From Puniceicoccaceae bacterium (GTDB lineage: Bacteria; Verrucomicrobiota; Verrucomicrobiia; Opitutales; Oceanipulchritudinaceae), in the NCBI GenBank assembly GCA_040830765.1, contig JBFOMH010000027.1, forward strand, positions 37,273-101,272: a DNA stretch of 64,000 nt, in the 5' to 3' direction. Position 1 is the first letter of the stretch; each line of letters starts with the position of its first letter. The position numbers and the translations under genes were made by a program. Positions 27,261 through 37,347 of the stretch are shown piece after piece. The notes beneath the pieces were generated by a model. That model had not been told where the DNA came from, ran no database searches, and saw only the letters and a list, made by a program, of their open reading frames with translations.

Positions 27261-29509
27261 TGTGGAATCACCTCGCTGGAGGTTGTGCCGGGTACAGGTT
27301 CAGGAACCTGGAGCACCGCTTCAGAAACAGGGCCGAGGGTGTTTTCCCTGGTTATGGCGGCGAGTTGGAAAGTGAAACTGCTACGATCCTCGAGTCCTGG
27401 CAGGGTGTACTTGAATTGGGGGCCAGCCAATGGTGGAAGGCTGTTAAGCCGCCGTATGTTGCCTTCCTGGGCGTAGTCCACCATCAGCGCATAGCCGACC
27501 AGGCCGGCTTCCTCGAGGTCCTTGGGTGTCGTCCAGGACAATTGCGCCACGGCTGGACCTTCTTCCTGCTCGACAAGGACAACCTTCAAGTCAGCAGGCG
27601 GTTCGACACCTTCGGGCAGGCGGTCTGAGCGAATCCAGACGGTTGTTGGGAGGCTTGCCTCAGCCGGCCGGACGCCTCCGACGGCGAGCACCGAAAAGCG
27701 CGGCTTCAGGCCCTTTTCGAAAGTGTCGCTGGAGAAAGTCACGGAACGGGTGTCCGCTGGCCAATCCATCATCCCGGGTACCGGTTGTCCGTCCATGAGA
27801 ATCCTGAAGCCTTTCAGGTCATGGAACGATTCGTCATACTCCCAGTTCAATTCGACCGAATAGGCGTTACGGTCAAAGCTGGCCGTGACCCCGGTAACCG
27901 GAGGCAACTGTAGGGCGGGCATGTATATGTCAGTGGTTGCCGGTTCCCCGGTGATGCCTTCCTCAGTGATGGGCAGAAGGCCCACCCGGATGAAGCGACC
28001 GCCCGATATGTCGAGGGGATAGAAGTAGCGGTTGCCCTGGAATGGTTTGATCTGTGCCTGGAGGCGAAGATTCCCCTGTTCGGTGGCGTCACTGAGAATG
28101 CGGAAGGAGGCTGTCCGTTGATCCCGGACCGACGGGAGGTCCCACTCAAGGAGGATACCCGGCTGGCCTTTCTGGACCTGGAAGCTGCCTCGGAAATTCT
28201 CGGGTTGTGGTGGCCGGCTCTGGCCCAGATAGAGGAGGACAATCCGGGGGCCGGCCCATTCCACATCCCACTTGTCGATGGCGATGACCCTGTAATCGTA
28301 TACTTTCGAGTATTCCTTGGAACCGGAGTCGCGGAAGGTCCGGGATTGCGGAGGGAGCAGGGTTGAGATACGCTCAAATTCACCGTTTTCCGCCCGTTCA
28401 ACATAGAATCCAGTGACGCGGTCCGCGGCATCCGCGGGGTAGTTCCAATCGATCTGGACGTCCGCCTCGTTGACCACCATGTGCCTGGCGATTTCGGCAG
28501 TGGGCAGCGGTCGAAACCGGTCAGCAAGGAATGGTATCTCCGTGCGTCCGAAAGTTGTTTGAAACATATTGCGTCCGACAATCGCGTAGGTCTGGTCGAC
28601 GTTCGCGTTTCCAGCATTGTCATGGAAGGTGAAATGCAGGGAGTTATCGTCTCCCTCGTTGCTGCCGATGGGATTGTTGACGAGGAGTTCCCATTCCCCG
28701 GATTCCTTATCCAAGCGGTAAATATCAAATCCGAAAAGGGCCCGCTCCCTTGCTGTTGCCCGGTCGTAGCGCCATTTAAGGACGACAATCCCGTCCCAGA
28801 CATGCTGTTCGACCTTGGGCGGTGCCCCGTTTTCAGGTGACAGCACCTGTGCTTGCCAAGTCGATACAGGAGTACTCGCTGTATATCCCGCATTGTCCAC
28901 GGCAAACAATCCGTACTCCCGCTCACCGACGCTGGCACCAGTGTCGACTGGTAAATGGTCGAGGTAGGCGAATCCACTGAAAAGGGCGATATTGAAATCG
29001 GATTTCTGGGACAGGCGGTCGCCGGACTGAAGTCCGTCGTAATTGCGGAGCAGGGTTAGGACTTCCTCCGAAGTCCGGTCCGGAATCCGGGTCCCGAAGG
29101 ACTCCGCCCGGACCTGCATCAGCTTGGCCCTGTCTTCTTCTGTCAATCCCTGGTTGGTCCAGTCCCTCTCCGGATGAAAACTGGGACGAATCGGATCGGT
29201 ATGTAAGTCCTGCCAATCGTTCCCGCTGCCTTGACGGACTCTGAGACGATAACCGTTGAGCCAGAGCGGCCAGTTGCGGGTTTCCCAGTAGAGGCGGACA
29301 AGGTCCTGCTCCGGTTCGACGAATCCGTACAAGGTGGCCTCTGGTGCCCGGTTGTCGCCGAGAGCTGGTTGAGCATGGGCGACCGTTGCCACGAGCATGG
29401 GAATAATGCCAAGCACGATCCGCATGGCAGCAAGTCCCAGGCTGTGAAGCCTGGGTGGTTGCTGTTCTAAACTGGCTGACAGTTTGCTCATCCAATCAAA
29501 TGTACTCAT
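27257..29509 (-). CDS. Secreted multi-fibronectin-type-III-like protein
   Basis: Repeated L.W.......G[FY].[IV] and Y.Y.V.A motifs (VRLYW, VVLKW, VQIDW, ILLEW, VELNW, AQLSW). Start overlaps the upstream stop. Confidence 0.75.
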   Translation of the reverse strand: MSTFDWMSKLSASLEQQPPRLHSLGLAAMRIVLGIIPMLVATVAHAQPALGDNRAPEATLYGFVEPEQDLVRLYWETRNWPLWLNGYRLRVRQGSGNDWQDLHTDPIRPSFHPERDWTNQGLTEEDRAKLMQVRAESFGTRIPDRTSEEVLTLLRNYDGLQSGDRLSQKSDFNIALFSGFAYLDHLPVDTGASVGEREYGLFAVDNAGYTASTPVSTWQAQVLSPENGAPPKVEQHVWDGIVVLKWRYDRATARERALFGFDIYRLDKESGEWELLVNNPIGSNEGDDNSLHFTFHDNAGNANVDQTYAIVGRNMFQTTFGRTEIPFLADRFRPLPTAEIARHMVVNEADVQIDWNYPADAADRVTGFYVERAENGEFERISTLLPPQSRTFRDSGSKEYSKVYDYRVIAIDKWDVEWAGPRIVLLYLGQSRPPQPENFRGSFQVQKGQPGILLEWDLPSVRDQRTASFRILSDATEQGNLRLQAQIKPFQGNRYFYPLDISGGRFIRVGLLPITEEGITGEPATTDIYMPALQLPPVTGVTASFDRNAYSVELNWEYDESFHDLKGFRILMDGQPVPGMMDWPADTRSVTFSSDTFEKGLKPRFSVLAVGGVRPAEASLPTTVWIRSDRLPEGVEPPADLKVVLVEQEEGPAVAQLSWTTPKDLEEAGLVGYALMVDYAQEGNIRRLNSLPPLAGPQFKYTLPGLEDRSSFTFQLAAITRENTLGPVSEAVLQVPEPVPGTTSSEVIPQ

Positions 29510-32500
29510 CGATTTCAGCCGACTCGGATTCTCCTCCAGCGGAAATAGTGACCGTGCCACGAATACGCGTGTTGGACCCGTTATCTGTGATGTCAACGTT
29601 CCCGGAGGCGGTTACCGAATAAACAGAAACACAATCGTCACCACAAACGAGGCAGGGCCACTTGACCCGGACAGTGCTGGTTCCGCCAACACTCGCCCTG
29701 ATCGTCCCGGTGAAACCCCTGCTGTCGAAATTGGCATTCAAGGCGCCAAAGAGTTGGATCGTCAATTGACCGTCAATCCCGAATCCGTACCAGGTTGATG
29801 TATCGATAGCTTCATCACAACTGGAGCTGTTGAATCCATCCGGGTAAGTGTAGTTAAATTGCCCTTCATAATCAAATCGCCCGAAGACCCGCCCGCTGAC
29901 GCTGCCGGAAGAGGTGAGGGGAGCGCTGACATTGATTCCGGCCCGGACATCGACCACGTCGAGGATTTGGCCAGTGGCGTTCTCCCCGTTGACGGTATAG
30001 CGGGAGGCGGAGATGGCGAAGCGGATGCTGCCGGAATTGAGCCTGAGGATACCGCCATCACCCGGTGGAATGTTGATGGTGGAATTAAGGTCACCCTGGA
30101 TCATTTCAGAGCCAAGGGTATAACTGATATTCAGGTCGCCTTGGAAGATGTGGGGTGCATTGGCCGTCACCTTGACCGAACCTTCAAGCTGGATTGTTGT
30201 TGCCGCCCCAAGGATCAAACGGGCATAGCCCTCGAGGAGGGCCAGGTCCCCGACATCCGCTATCCCCAGGCCAAACCCGATCGTGAGTGACCCCTGGACG
30301 GCCTGACCGGTTCCGCCTGGCTGGGTGGGGGCTTCCCAATTGTATCCGAATTCACCCGCCAGGCTCTTGATTTTAAGCCCGGACTGCCCAAGCGGGAATC
30401 CAGGTGTCGAGACAGCGAGTGAGAAGAATCCATAATTGAAGGTTTCTGTCGCCCCGATGACGATTTCTCCACGTATGGATACCTTCTTGGCAAATTGCCC
30501 ACTGAAGTTGCCACGGAATTCCGTTTCGGCAAAGGTGATACTGATTTCAAAGGTGACGGGAGATTGGTCGACAGACCCGCTCAATTCACCGACCGAGACA
30601 TTCCCCTTATCATCGATTTTGAAGGTCTTCACGGCCAACTCGAGGGTGGGAAGGGAGACCATGGCGTCAAACTGCAGGGTGCCTTCCGCCTTGCTGTAAA
30701 CCGCCCGGCTGAAGGAAAACTCAATCTTCTGCTTATACTTGAGCCGGATTTGTTCGACCGTGAATTCCTCGACCGATCCGTCCCGGATGCGAAAGGTGAT
30801 ATTGGTGAAACTCTGGTCAAAGTCATTATGCTTGCCGGAGATTCCAACGCCCTCGATGCCCTCGAGGTCAAAGTCATAGGTGACAGTGGCACGAAGAGCG
30901 CCCGAAATGGTCATACCGAAGGCCATGATACCTTCCGCCCCGACTGTCGCCGTGACAGTTGTCGGCGTAAAGGCCAGCTCGAGGATAAACTCGCCATCGA
31001 CGTTGGTGACATCGGCAATGCGAATCCGTCCGGTACCATCGATGAATTCGATCTCCGAGTTGGGAATGGAGTAGTTCATTCCGAGGTCAAGCTGCTCAAG
31101 GGTGACGGAAAAGCCCTTGGTTGTGTAGGTCCCCGGTGTGTTGGCACTGAAGCGGGCATTGTTGATGTTCCCTTCACTGTCAAAGCTCTCAGCTGAAATC
31201 TTCCCGATGACCACATCCCCCTTCCGCAACTCGATCAGGATATTGGTAATGCCTTGAAAGTCCCATGCACCAGCAAATCCGGCCTGACCCAGCATGTAGG
31301 AATACTTGAACTGGCCGGTCAGGTCCTTCTTGAGGATGGCGATGCCCCCGACATTGACATCCTCCGTTTGCTCCACGGTAAAAGTCAGATCCCCACTGAG
31401 GTCACCCGAGTCGCTGACGGTCAGGCTGGCCGCGGTGACGTTGGCCTGGATAACCCCGAATTTGCCAAGGTCCTTCTTGCCTTCCCATTCCACCGTCACG
31501 TCCTTGAAAGCTCCTGTACTCTTGTGCTCCTTCCAACTGACGGTTGTTCCCTCAAGAGCGCCGCTCTTCTCGAACACTCCCTTCATTTCAACCGTCACTT
31601 CGGCGGGCGTGCTGTAGATGCAATAGTCACCCTCTTCGCCGGTGCTGACGATATTGCCTGGCAGGCTGACCTTCAACGGGCCAAAGCGGAGGGTGCCGTT
31701 CTTGTCAGGGCAACAATCCCCGCCGACACAAAGGCTTGCTTCCGTATAGCAATCCGTTCCGGGCACGGATGCCCGAACGGTGACGGAACCGGCTTCCTCG
31801 CCAGCGGTTACCTTGCCTGTCTCAGGATCAATTGTACATCCCTTGGCATCCCCTTCGATGGACCAGACGATTTCCTTGTCATCCGGGTTCACAGAAGTGG
31901 CTGCCATGGAGGTGGATTCCCCATCCGGAGGAATCTCTTCCGGGCTAAAAGATATGTCCGGAATTTCGATGACATTAACGGTGAAGGTGCCGGCAACAGC
32001 AACAGAGGCCGTATCCGGGCAATCGCCGTCGCCCTTTCCGCGGACCTCACAGGTGAAGGTGTATGTGCCACCGCGGTCAAAACTGGCGGACGAGGGATCC
32101 TCGGGCAGCCAGACATACTCCGGGGTATAGGAAACTGTCTGGACTTCCTTGCGGTCAGGTTGCTCATTTTCCGGGCAGACGAAATTATTGCTGATCGTCC
32201 GTTCCTTCTTCCCGTCACTGATCTCCGTCCCGGTAATGGTGGGTGCCGATACAGAGTCCCCGGAACAGATTTCCATCTCCTCGTCGGGGAAGGAACCGGC
32301 CTGGGTTACCGCACCGGACTCTTTGCAGATCCATTCTCCTTCGGTCTCTGTGCCGGTTTCGTCGCAGGGCTCATCATCCTCTTCATCATCGTCTTCCTCC
32401 TCGTCCTCATCTTCGTCCTCGCTGCCGTTTTTCTTGGTCCGGGTCTGCGTTCCGGGCTGGGTCGGGTGCCATCCGGGCTGACGGATTCCAGTACCTGGAT

Positions 32501-33935
32501 CCGAGACCACATAGAGCCCGTCGTCCGAAACCGTCATTGGCCCGGCGATTTCCCAGGTTCCCTTGTCGTGATTAAAACTCCAGAGGGAGCTCTTTTCGCC
32601 CGGTTGCAGGCGTTCACCGGTTACAGGATCCGGAAGATTGGGAAAGCGGACTGGAATAGGGACATCGAAATTGGTGGCACCGTCGGTCTGAACAGTGATG
32701 ACCATCGCGGGATTCAAGCCTTCCGGCAGGGGCTCCGGCAACCGGTCCGGGACGACCGGGGCGATGCCTACCGCACCACCACGGCTCCCGTCATTAGAAA
32801 AGAGGGCGTTAGGGGGGATTGTCAGGGATACCCTTTGCAAATCCTCAGGATCGTAATCCCGGGGAACGCCCTGGGCTGGGACGGCGTTCAGGACCGACGC
32901 CGGAAAGGTGATTTCAGTGGATTGGGTGGCACTGACAGTCGTCAGGGAGCCTTGGCGAACGAGGGGAAGGAAGACTTCCCCGTTGCCGTTGACGAGATTG
33001 TCCGTGCGGCCGGCAACGGCGAACCAGGGTTTGGCAATAAAGGGATAATAATCGCCATTCGGATAATCCGACTGGATGGGCGTAAAGCCGGCCGGTGGAT
33101 TGGACTTGGCCTGTCGGCCGTCGAGGTTGACGAAGAACCTGCCGGCGGGAGTATTCTCAAGGACGAATCTGCCATCCGGTCCGGTCGTGGTGCGGATCGT
33201 TTCCTCGGCCCCGATGACTTCAATGATGACGCCTTCCAGTGGGACCTTGTAGTAATTGGGGCCCAGTTCAGCAGTGTAGACCACCCCTTGCACGGAGGTT
33301 CCTGGCAGCCCGGCGATACTGCAGGTGTCGAAGTCCATGAAAGCGGTTCCGCCCGCCTGTCCGTCCCCGTCGGGATCCAATTCCCGCCCAAGATAGTCGA
33401 ATACGCCGGTCCCGTCAAAGACCACCCGGATGCGTGCGCTGCTAGGCAAGTTTTCCTGGAAAAAGAGCGTGGCCTTGAGTCGGTCCTGCGATAGCTCGAC
33501 CCGTGAGAGCAGCTTTTTTCCGGCGAAATATCCGGCAAAGTGATCGGTCGTCAGGACGGTGTCTTCCGCCAGCGGAAGGCTGAACCGGGCGATCGCTTCC
33601 CGCGACAGGCTGACATTTTCCTCGCCATCGGTAGGGCTGAAGGCGGCAACCTGGAGAAGCGGAAAAGGCGTAAATGGATTCCGCTCGAGAATGATGTCTG
33701 TCAGTGATTGAACATCATAGGTATTGAGGTAGCTGTCCCGATTGACATCGGCGAAGGGCACCAGGTTCGTCTCAAGGAATTCGGAGCCCTGCAGGTGATT
33801 TACCAAAAGGACGATGTCCTTGATTGTTGGCTGCCCGTCGCCATCCAGATCACCCAGATTCACCGGGTCCTGACCATAAACTGCGAGAGGCAGTAGGGCT
33901 ACTGTGATTATTCGAGTGAGCCAGTCCCTGAACAT
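29496..33935 (-). CDS. Giant secreted protein: dockerin, Ig-like and carboxypeptidase-regulatory-like domains, acidic/Cys-rich segment, long beta-rich C-terminus
   Basis: Signal peptide, then GDLDGDGQPTIKDIVLLVNHL...ADVNRDSYLNTYDVQSLTDII (duplicated dockerin Ca loops); FSPTDGEENV (Ig); TTTGPDGRFVL; 17-residue D/E run. Confidence 0.8.
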   Translation of the reverse strand: MFRDWLTRIITVALLPLAVYGQDPVNLGDLDGDGQPTIKDIVLLVNHLQGSEFLETNLVPFADVNRDSYLNTYDVQSLTDIILERNPFTPFPLLQVAAFSPTDGEENVSLSREAIARFSLPLAEDTVLTTDHFAGYFAGKKLLSRVELSQDRLKATLFFQENLPSSARIRVVFDGTGVFDYLGRELDPDGDGQAGGTAFMDFDTCSIAGLPGTSVQGVVYTAELGPNYYKVPLEGVIIEVIGAEETIRTTTGPDGRFVLENTPAGRFFVNLDGRQAKSNPPAGFTPIQSDYPNGDYYPFIAKPWFAVAGRTDNLVNGNGEVFLPLVRQGSLTTVSATQSTEITFPASVLNAVPAQGVPRDYDPEDLQRVSLTIPPNALFSNDGSRGGAVGIAPVVPDRLPEPLPEGLNPAMVITVQTDGATNFDVPIPVRFPNLPDPVTGERLQPGEKSSLWSFNHDKGTWEIAGPMTVSDDGLYVVSDPGTGIRQPGWHPTQPGTQTRTKKNGSEDEDEDEEEDDDEEDDEPCDETGTETEGEWICKESGAVTQAGSFPDEEMEICSGDSVSAPTITGTEISDGKKERTISNNFVCPENEQPDRKEVQTVSYTPEYVWLPEDPSSASFDRGGTYTFTCEVRGKGDGDCPDTASVAVAGTFTVNVIEIPDISFSPEEIPPDGESTSMAATSVNPDDKEIVWSIEGDAKGCTIDPETGKVTAGEEAGSVTVRASVPGTDCYTEASLCVGGDCCPDKNGTLRFGPLKVSLPGNIVSTGEEGDYCIYSTPAEVTVEMKGVFEKSGALEGTTVSWKEHKSTGAFKDVTVEWEGKKDLGKFGVIQANVTAASLTVSDSGDLSGDLTFTVEQTEDVNVGGIAILKKDLTGQFKYSYMLGQAGFAGAWDFQGITNILIELRKGDVVIGKISAESFDSEGNINNARFSANTPGTYTTKGFSVTLEQLDLGMNYSIPNSEIEFIDGTGRIRIADVTNVDGEFILELAFTPTTVTATVGAEGIMAFGMTISGALRATVTYDFDLEGIEGVGISGKHNDFDQSFTNITFRIRDGSVEEFTVEQIRLKYKQKIEFSFSRAVYSKAEGTLQFDAMVSLPTLELAVKTFKIDDKGNVSVGELSGSVDQSPVTFEISITFAETEFRGNFSGQFAKKVSIRGEIVIGATETFNYGFFSLAVSTPGFPLGQSGLKIKSLAGEFGYNWEAPTQPGGTGQAVQGSLTIGFGLGIADVGDLALLEGYARLILGAATTIQLEGSVKVTANAPHIFQGDLNISYTLGSEMIQGDLNSTINIPPGDGGILRLNSGSIRFAISASRYTVNGENATGQILDVVDVRAGINVSAPLTSSGSVSGRVFGRFDYEGQFNYTYPDGFNSSSCDEAIDTSTWYGFGIDGQLTIQLFGALNANFDSRGFTGTIRASVGGTSTVRVKWPCLVCGDDCVSVYSVTASGNVDITDNGSNTRIRGTVTISAGGESESAEIDEYI

Positions 33936-34143
33936 TGTCCTTGCCGGTGAGCAAATCCCCACAAAAGCGGTGAGAAGAGTTGCTTATTAAGTAAGGAAGA
34001 AACCCTAATAGATCAAGGTTTTTTTCCTTAGCTTTTGGGTTTATTGATCAAGGGGCAATCGGGTGGAATCAGGCTTGTCTTCCGGGCTTCAGCAACTCAC
34101 CTGTTGACATCGGGGGACGTTACTCCAAAAATAGTACGTCCCA

Positions 34144-34581
34144 ATGAGCACAACAGCGCGCAATCTTTTAGCATCGAAGGCGACACAGGAGATATTCTCG
34201 GTCAAGCCTGACCAGTCCACGTATGAGGCCCTGCAGCTTATGGCATCGAAGGATGTCGGTGCGGTAGCGGTCATGGAGGAGGGGCATTTGCTCGGCCTGC
34301 TGACGGAGCGGGAATATGCCCGCAAAATTGTCCTGCATGGCAAGGCATCCCGCCATACGCCGGTTTTTGATACCATGAACCGCGACTACCCAAAGGTCGG
34401 ACCTGAGGCCACCATCCATGAGTGCATGCAGCTCATCACCGACCGGCATTTCCGCTATGTCGCGGTGATGGAAGGCGACAACTTTATGGGCCTGATCAGT
34501 ATCGGCGATATCGTGAAACACATCATTGCCCAGCAGCAGGCCAATATTGAGCACCTGGAGCGTTACATCACAGGTATCTAG
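34144..34581 (+). CDS. CBS-domain protein
   Basis: GLLTEREYARK, GLISIGDIVK, LERYI. Confidence 0.9.
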   Translation: MSTTARNLLASKATQEIFSVKPDQSTYEALQLMASKDVGAVAVMEEGHLLGLLTEREYARKIVLHGKASRHTPVFDTMNRDYPKVGPEATIHECMQLITDRHFRYVAVMEGDNFMGLISIGDIVKHIIAQQQANIEHLERYITGI

Positions 34582-34650
34582 GGGATGTCCGGGGTCGATT
34601 TTTCTGGCCGGGGAAAGAACACCTCATTCTGAGCTGGGGAGGAAACGGCT

Positions 34651-35343
34651 ATGAGGCATGTCGTTGTCCTCACCGGGGCTGGAATCAGCAGTGAAAGCGG
34701 ATTGGCAACCTTTCGGGGCGCGGGCGGCCTCTGGGAAGGGCATAATGTCTATGAGGTGGCCACGCCCGAAGCCTGGCAGCGTGATCCCGATCTGGTGCTT
34801 CGTTTCTACAACTCGCGCCGGCAACAGCTGCGACAGGTGGAGCCCAATGCCGCCCATCGTGCCCTGGTCCGGCTTGAAGAGCATTTCAATGTCACAATCG
34901 TCACCCAGAACGTGGATGACTTGCATGAGCGGGCAGGCTCATCCTCGATCATTCACTTGCATGGGGAGTTGCTCAAGGCACGCAGCACGGCTGATGCCTC
35001 CGTTGTCATTGAGTTGGGGGAGAAGGACATTGAACCTGGAGACTTGTGCCCGTTGGGGAGCCAGTTGCGGCCACACATTGTCTGGTTTGGGGAGGCCGTA
35101 CCAGAAATGGGGCATGCGATGGAGGTTGTACGTTCTTGTGACATCCTGATGATTGTCGGGACCTCACTACAGGTTTATCCGGCGGCAGGACTGGCGCAGA
35201 TGGCGGTTCGGGCAGGACGGCCCTATGTCGTCGATCCGGTGATTCCCGCAGGGGTCTCCGATGATGCCTTCATACCCGTGGCCAAGTCGGCAGTGGTGGG
35301 GGTTCCTGAACTGGTTGACCAATTGATTGCTCGTCAGAAGTAA
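34651..35343 (+). CDS. cobB: NAD-dependent protein deacylase (class III sirtuin)
   Basis: GAGISSESGLATFRG, FYNSRR, TQNVDDLHERAG, HLHG, RPHIVWFGE, GTSLQVYPAA. Confidence 0.93.
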   Translation: MRHVVVLTGAGISSESGLATFRGAGGLWEGHNVYEVATPEAWQRDPDLVLRFYNSRRQQLRQVEPNAAHRALVRLEEHFNVTIVTQNVDDLHERAGSSSIIHLHGELLKARSTADASVVIELGEKDIEPGDLCPLGSQLRPHIVWFGEAVPEMGHAMEVVRSCDILMIVGTSLQVYPAAGLAQMAVRAGRPYVVDPVIPAGVSDDAFIPVAKSAVVGVPELVDQLIARQK

Positions 35344-35424
35344 GCTCCCAAGGCCTGGCTGACGACTGTCCGCCGACTATCGATTTCCGTTGCCAATTGT
35401 TGGCCTCTGGAGCATTACGATGCC

Positions 35425-37338
35425 ATGTCTTCCCTCATTGATGCCTGGTGCCGTTTTCCGACTTACCTCCTCCTGATTCTCATCATGACCGGTTGTGGCA
35501 AGGAAGCGGTGGAGGAGGCTGCCTATGACAATACAGAGGAAGTGGATGCCTATTACAGGGACAACCCGGACCGATTCGCCTTCGCCTCCCCCGAGGATAT
35601 CCCGGACAACCTAATCTGGGAGGATGGCAACGAACTGACGCCTTTCGGGGATCCCCGGGCCGAGCGGGGAGGGCGCCTCAATCTTCGCCTTGCTCGCATG
35701 CAGCCCACGCTGCGTATTCTGGGGCCAGATTCCAACGGTACCTTGCGGGGGCCCTTGTGGTCGGCCAATACCGTCTACCTTATCCACCAGCATCCCTGGG
35801 AGGATGGCTACATTCCAGGGATTGCCAAACGCTGGTCGGTGGATCCCGACAACCGGCGCAGGATTTTCCTCGAACTGGACCCGGATGCTCGCTGGAGCGA
35901 CGGCCGGCCAGTGACCGTCGAGGACATGTTCTTCAGCCTCTACATGCAGCTCTCACCCAATATCAATGACCCGGCCATCAACCGGGTCATTGGGGAAAAC
36001 TTTCAGCGCTTTACCCGCTACAGCGACCATTTGTTTTCCATGACGCTGACGAACCCGACACCGAATCCATTAAGTGCAGCGGAAACCTTTATCCTCAATC
36101 AGCGGGAATTCTACCGTGAATTCGGTGAGGACTATCCCGACCGTTATCACTGGCGCTTTGCCCCGGTTACGGGGCCCTACACCCTGGACGAGAAGGATAT
36201 CAAGCGCGGGGAGCAAATCACCTTCCGGCGCATCGACGACTGGTGGGCCAATGACAAGCCGTTCTATCGTCACCGGTTTAACCCGGATGCGCTGACGTTT
36301 GTCGTCATCCGGGATGACACCAAGGCATTTGAATCCTTCCTGCGGGGCATCATCGACTGGCATGCGCTGAATGAAACTGACCTCTGGTATGACCGGGCGG
36401 ATGTTGAACCTATCCGGAAAGGCTATATCGAGCGGGCCTGGTCCTACGACCTGCTGCCGGCCCCCCGCTCCGGAATGTATCTCAATGCCATGCAACCACT
36501 GCTCGACAACCCGGATGTGCGGACCGGGATCCACCATGCCATCAACTACCAGCGGGTTAATGACGAAATCCATCGCGGGGATCGTCGTCGCATCCGGTCG
36601 TTTGCCGACGGTTTTGGTCCCTATGACCATCCTGATTTGCGGGCCCGTGAATTTGATCTCGAAAAGGCCCTTGAGCGCTTCGCCAAGGCCGGTTTCTCGG
36701 AGCGTGGGCCGGATGGAATTCTACAGAATGCGGCCGGTCAGCGCCTCTCCTTCACCTTGACGGTCAGTACGCAGGGGGAAGATGTGGACATCGCCACCGT
36801 GATGAAAGAGGAGGCCATGAAGGCCGGCCTCGAACTGCGCATCGAACAGATGGATCCCACTTCCTTCTTCACCAAAATCTTCGAGAAGAACCATGAGTTG
36901 GCTCTTTCATCCTGGGATACCGGCTACTCACAGTTGCCTGCCTTCCAGTGGGAGATGCGGGGGGAGGACGCCGGCAAGCCAAAGAACTTTAACACCAGTA
37001 ATATCAAGGTGAAGCGGCTGGATGACCTCCTCGAGGAGTGGGATGCGACGGATGATCCGGCAGAAGCACGCCGGATATCGCATGCCATTCAGCAGGAAAT
37101 CCACGACTTCGCCGCCTGGATACCCGGATTGACCATCGATTTTACCCGGATCGGCTACTGGCGCTGGGTCCGCTGGCCGGACTATTTCCAGGTCCCGCGC
37201 TACTTCTTTTTCATGAGCACGGGCGTGTTCTGGATCGACGAAGACCGGCGCCAGGAAACCCTTGAGGCACGGAAGAGCGGGACGACCTTTGAGCCGGTTA
37301 CACGCGTCTATGACCGCTGGAAAAAGGCTGATGAATAG
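35425..37338 (+). CDS. ABC transporter peptide-binding lipoprotein (family 5, YejA-like)
   Basis: Lipobox LIMTGC; GDPRAERGG, ARWSDGRPVTVED, TGPY, DWWAND..RHRFNPD. Confidence 0.85.
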   Translation: MSSLIDAWCRFPTYLLLILIMTGCGKEAVEEAAYDNTEEVDAYYRDNPDRFAFASPEDIPDNLIWEDGNELTPFGDPRAERGGRLNLRLARMQPTLRILGPDSNGTLRGPLWSANTVYLIHQHPWEDGYIPGIAKRWSVDPDNRRRIFLELDPDARWSDGRPVTVEDMFFSLYMQLSPNINDPAINRVIGENFQRFTRYSDHLFSMTLTNPTPNPLSAAETFILNQREFYREFGEDYPDRYHWRFAPVTGPYTLDEKDIKRGEQITFRRIDDWWANDKPFYRHRFNPDALTFVVIRDDTKAFESFLRGIIDWHALNETDLWYDRADVEPIRKGYIERAWSYDLLPAPRSGMYLNAMQPLLDNPDVRTGIHHAINYQRVNDEIHRGDRRRIRSFADGFGPYDHPDLRAREFDLEKALERFAKAGFSERGPDGILQNAAGQRLSFTLTVSTQGEDVDIATVMKEEAMKAGLELRIEQMDPTSFFTKIFEKNHELALSSWDTGYSQLPAFQWEMRGEDAGKPKNFNTSNIKVKRLDDLLEEWDATDDPAEARRISHAIQQEIHDFAAWIPGLTIDFTRIGYWRWVRWPDYFQVPRYFFFMSTGVFWIDEDRRQETLEARKSGTTFEPVTRVYDRWKKADE

Positions 37339-37347
37339 GACCCCGTC

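Noticed and set aside
31254..33494. 746-aa plus-strand ORF
   Set aside because: Antisense shadow of the dockerin protein with no motifs; long shadow ORFs are expected in GC-rich DNA.
19484..33935. Classical cellulosome, or RHS/contractile toxin system
   Set aside because: Single cohesin, no GH/CBM motifs recognised, no YD/RHS core and no phage-tail-like genes.
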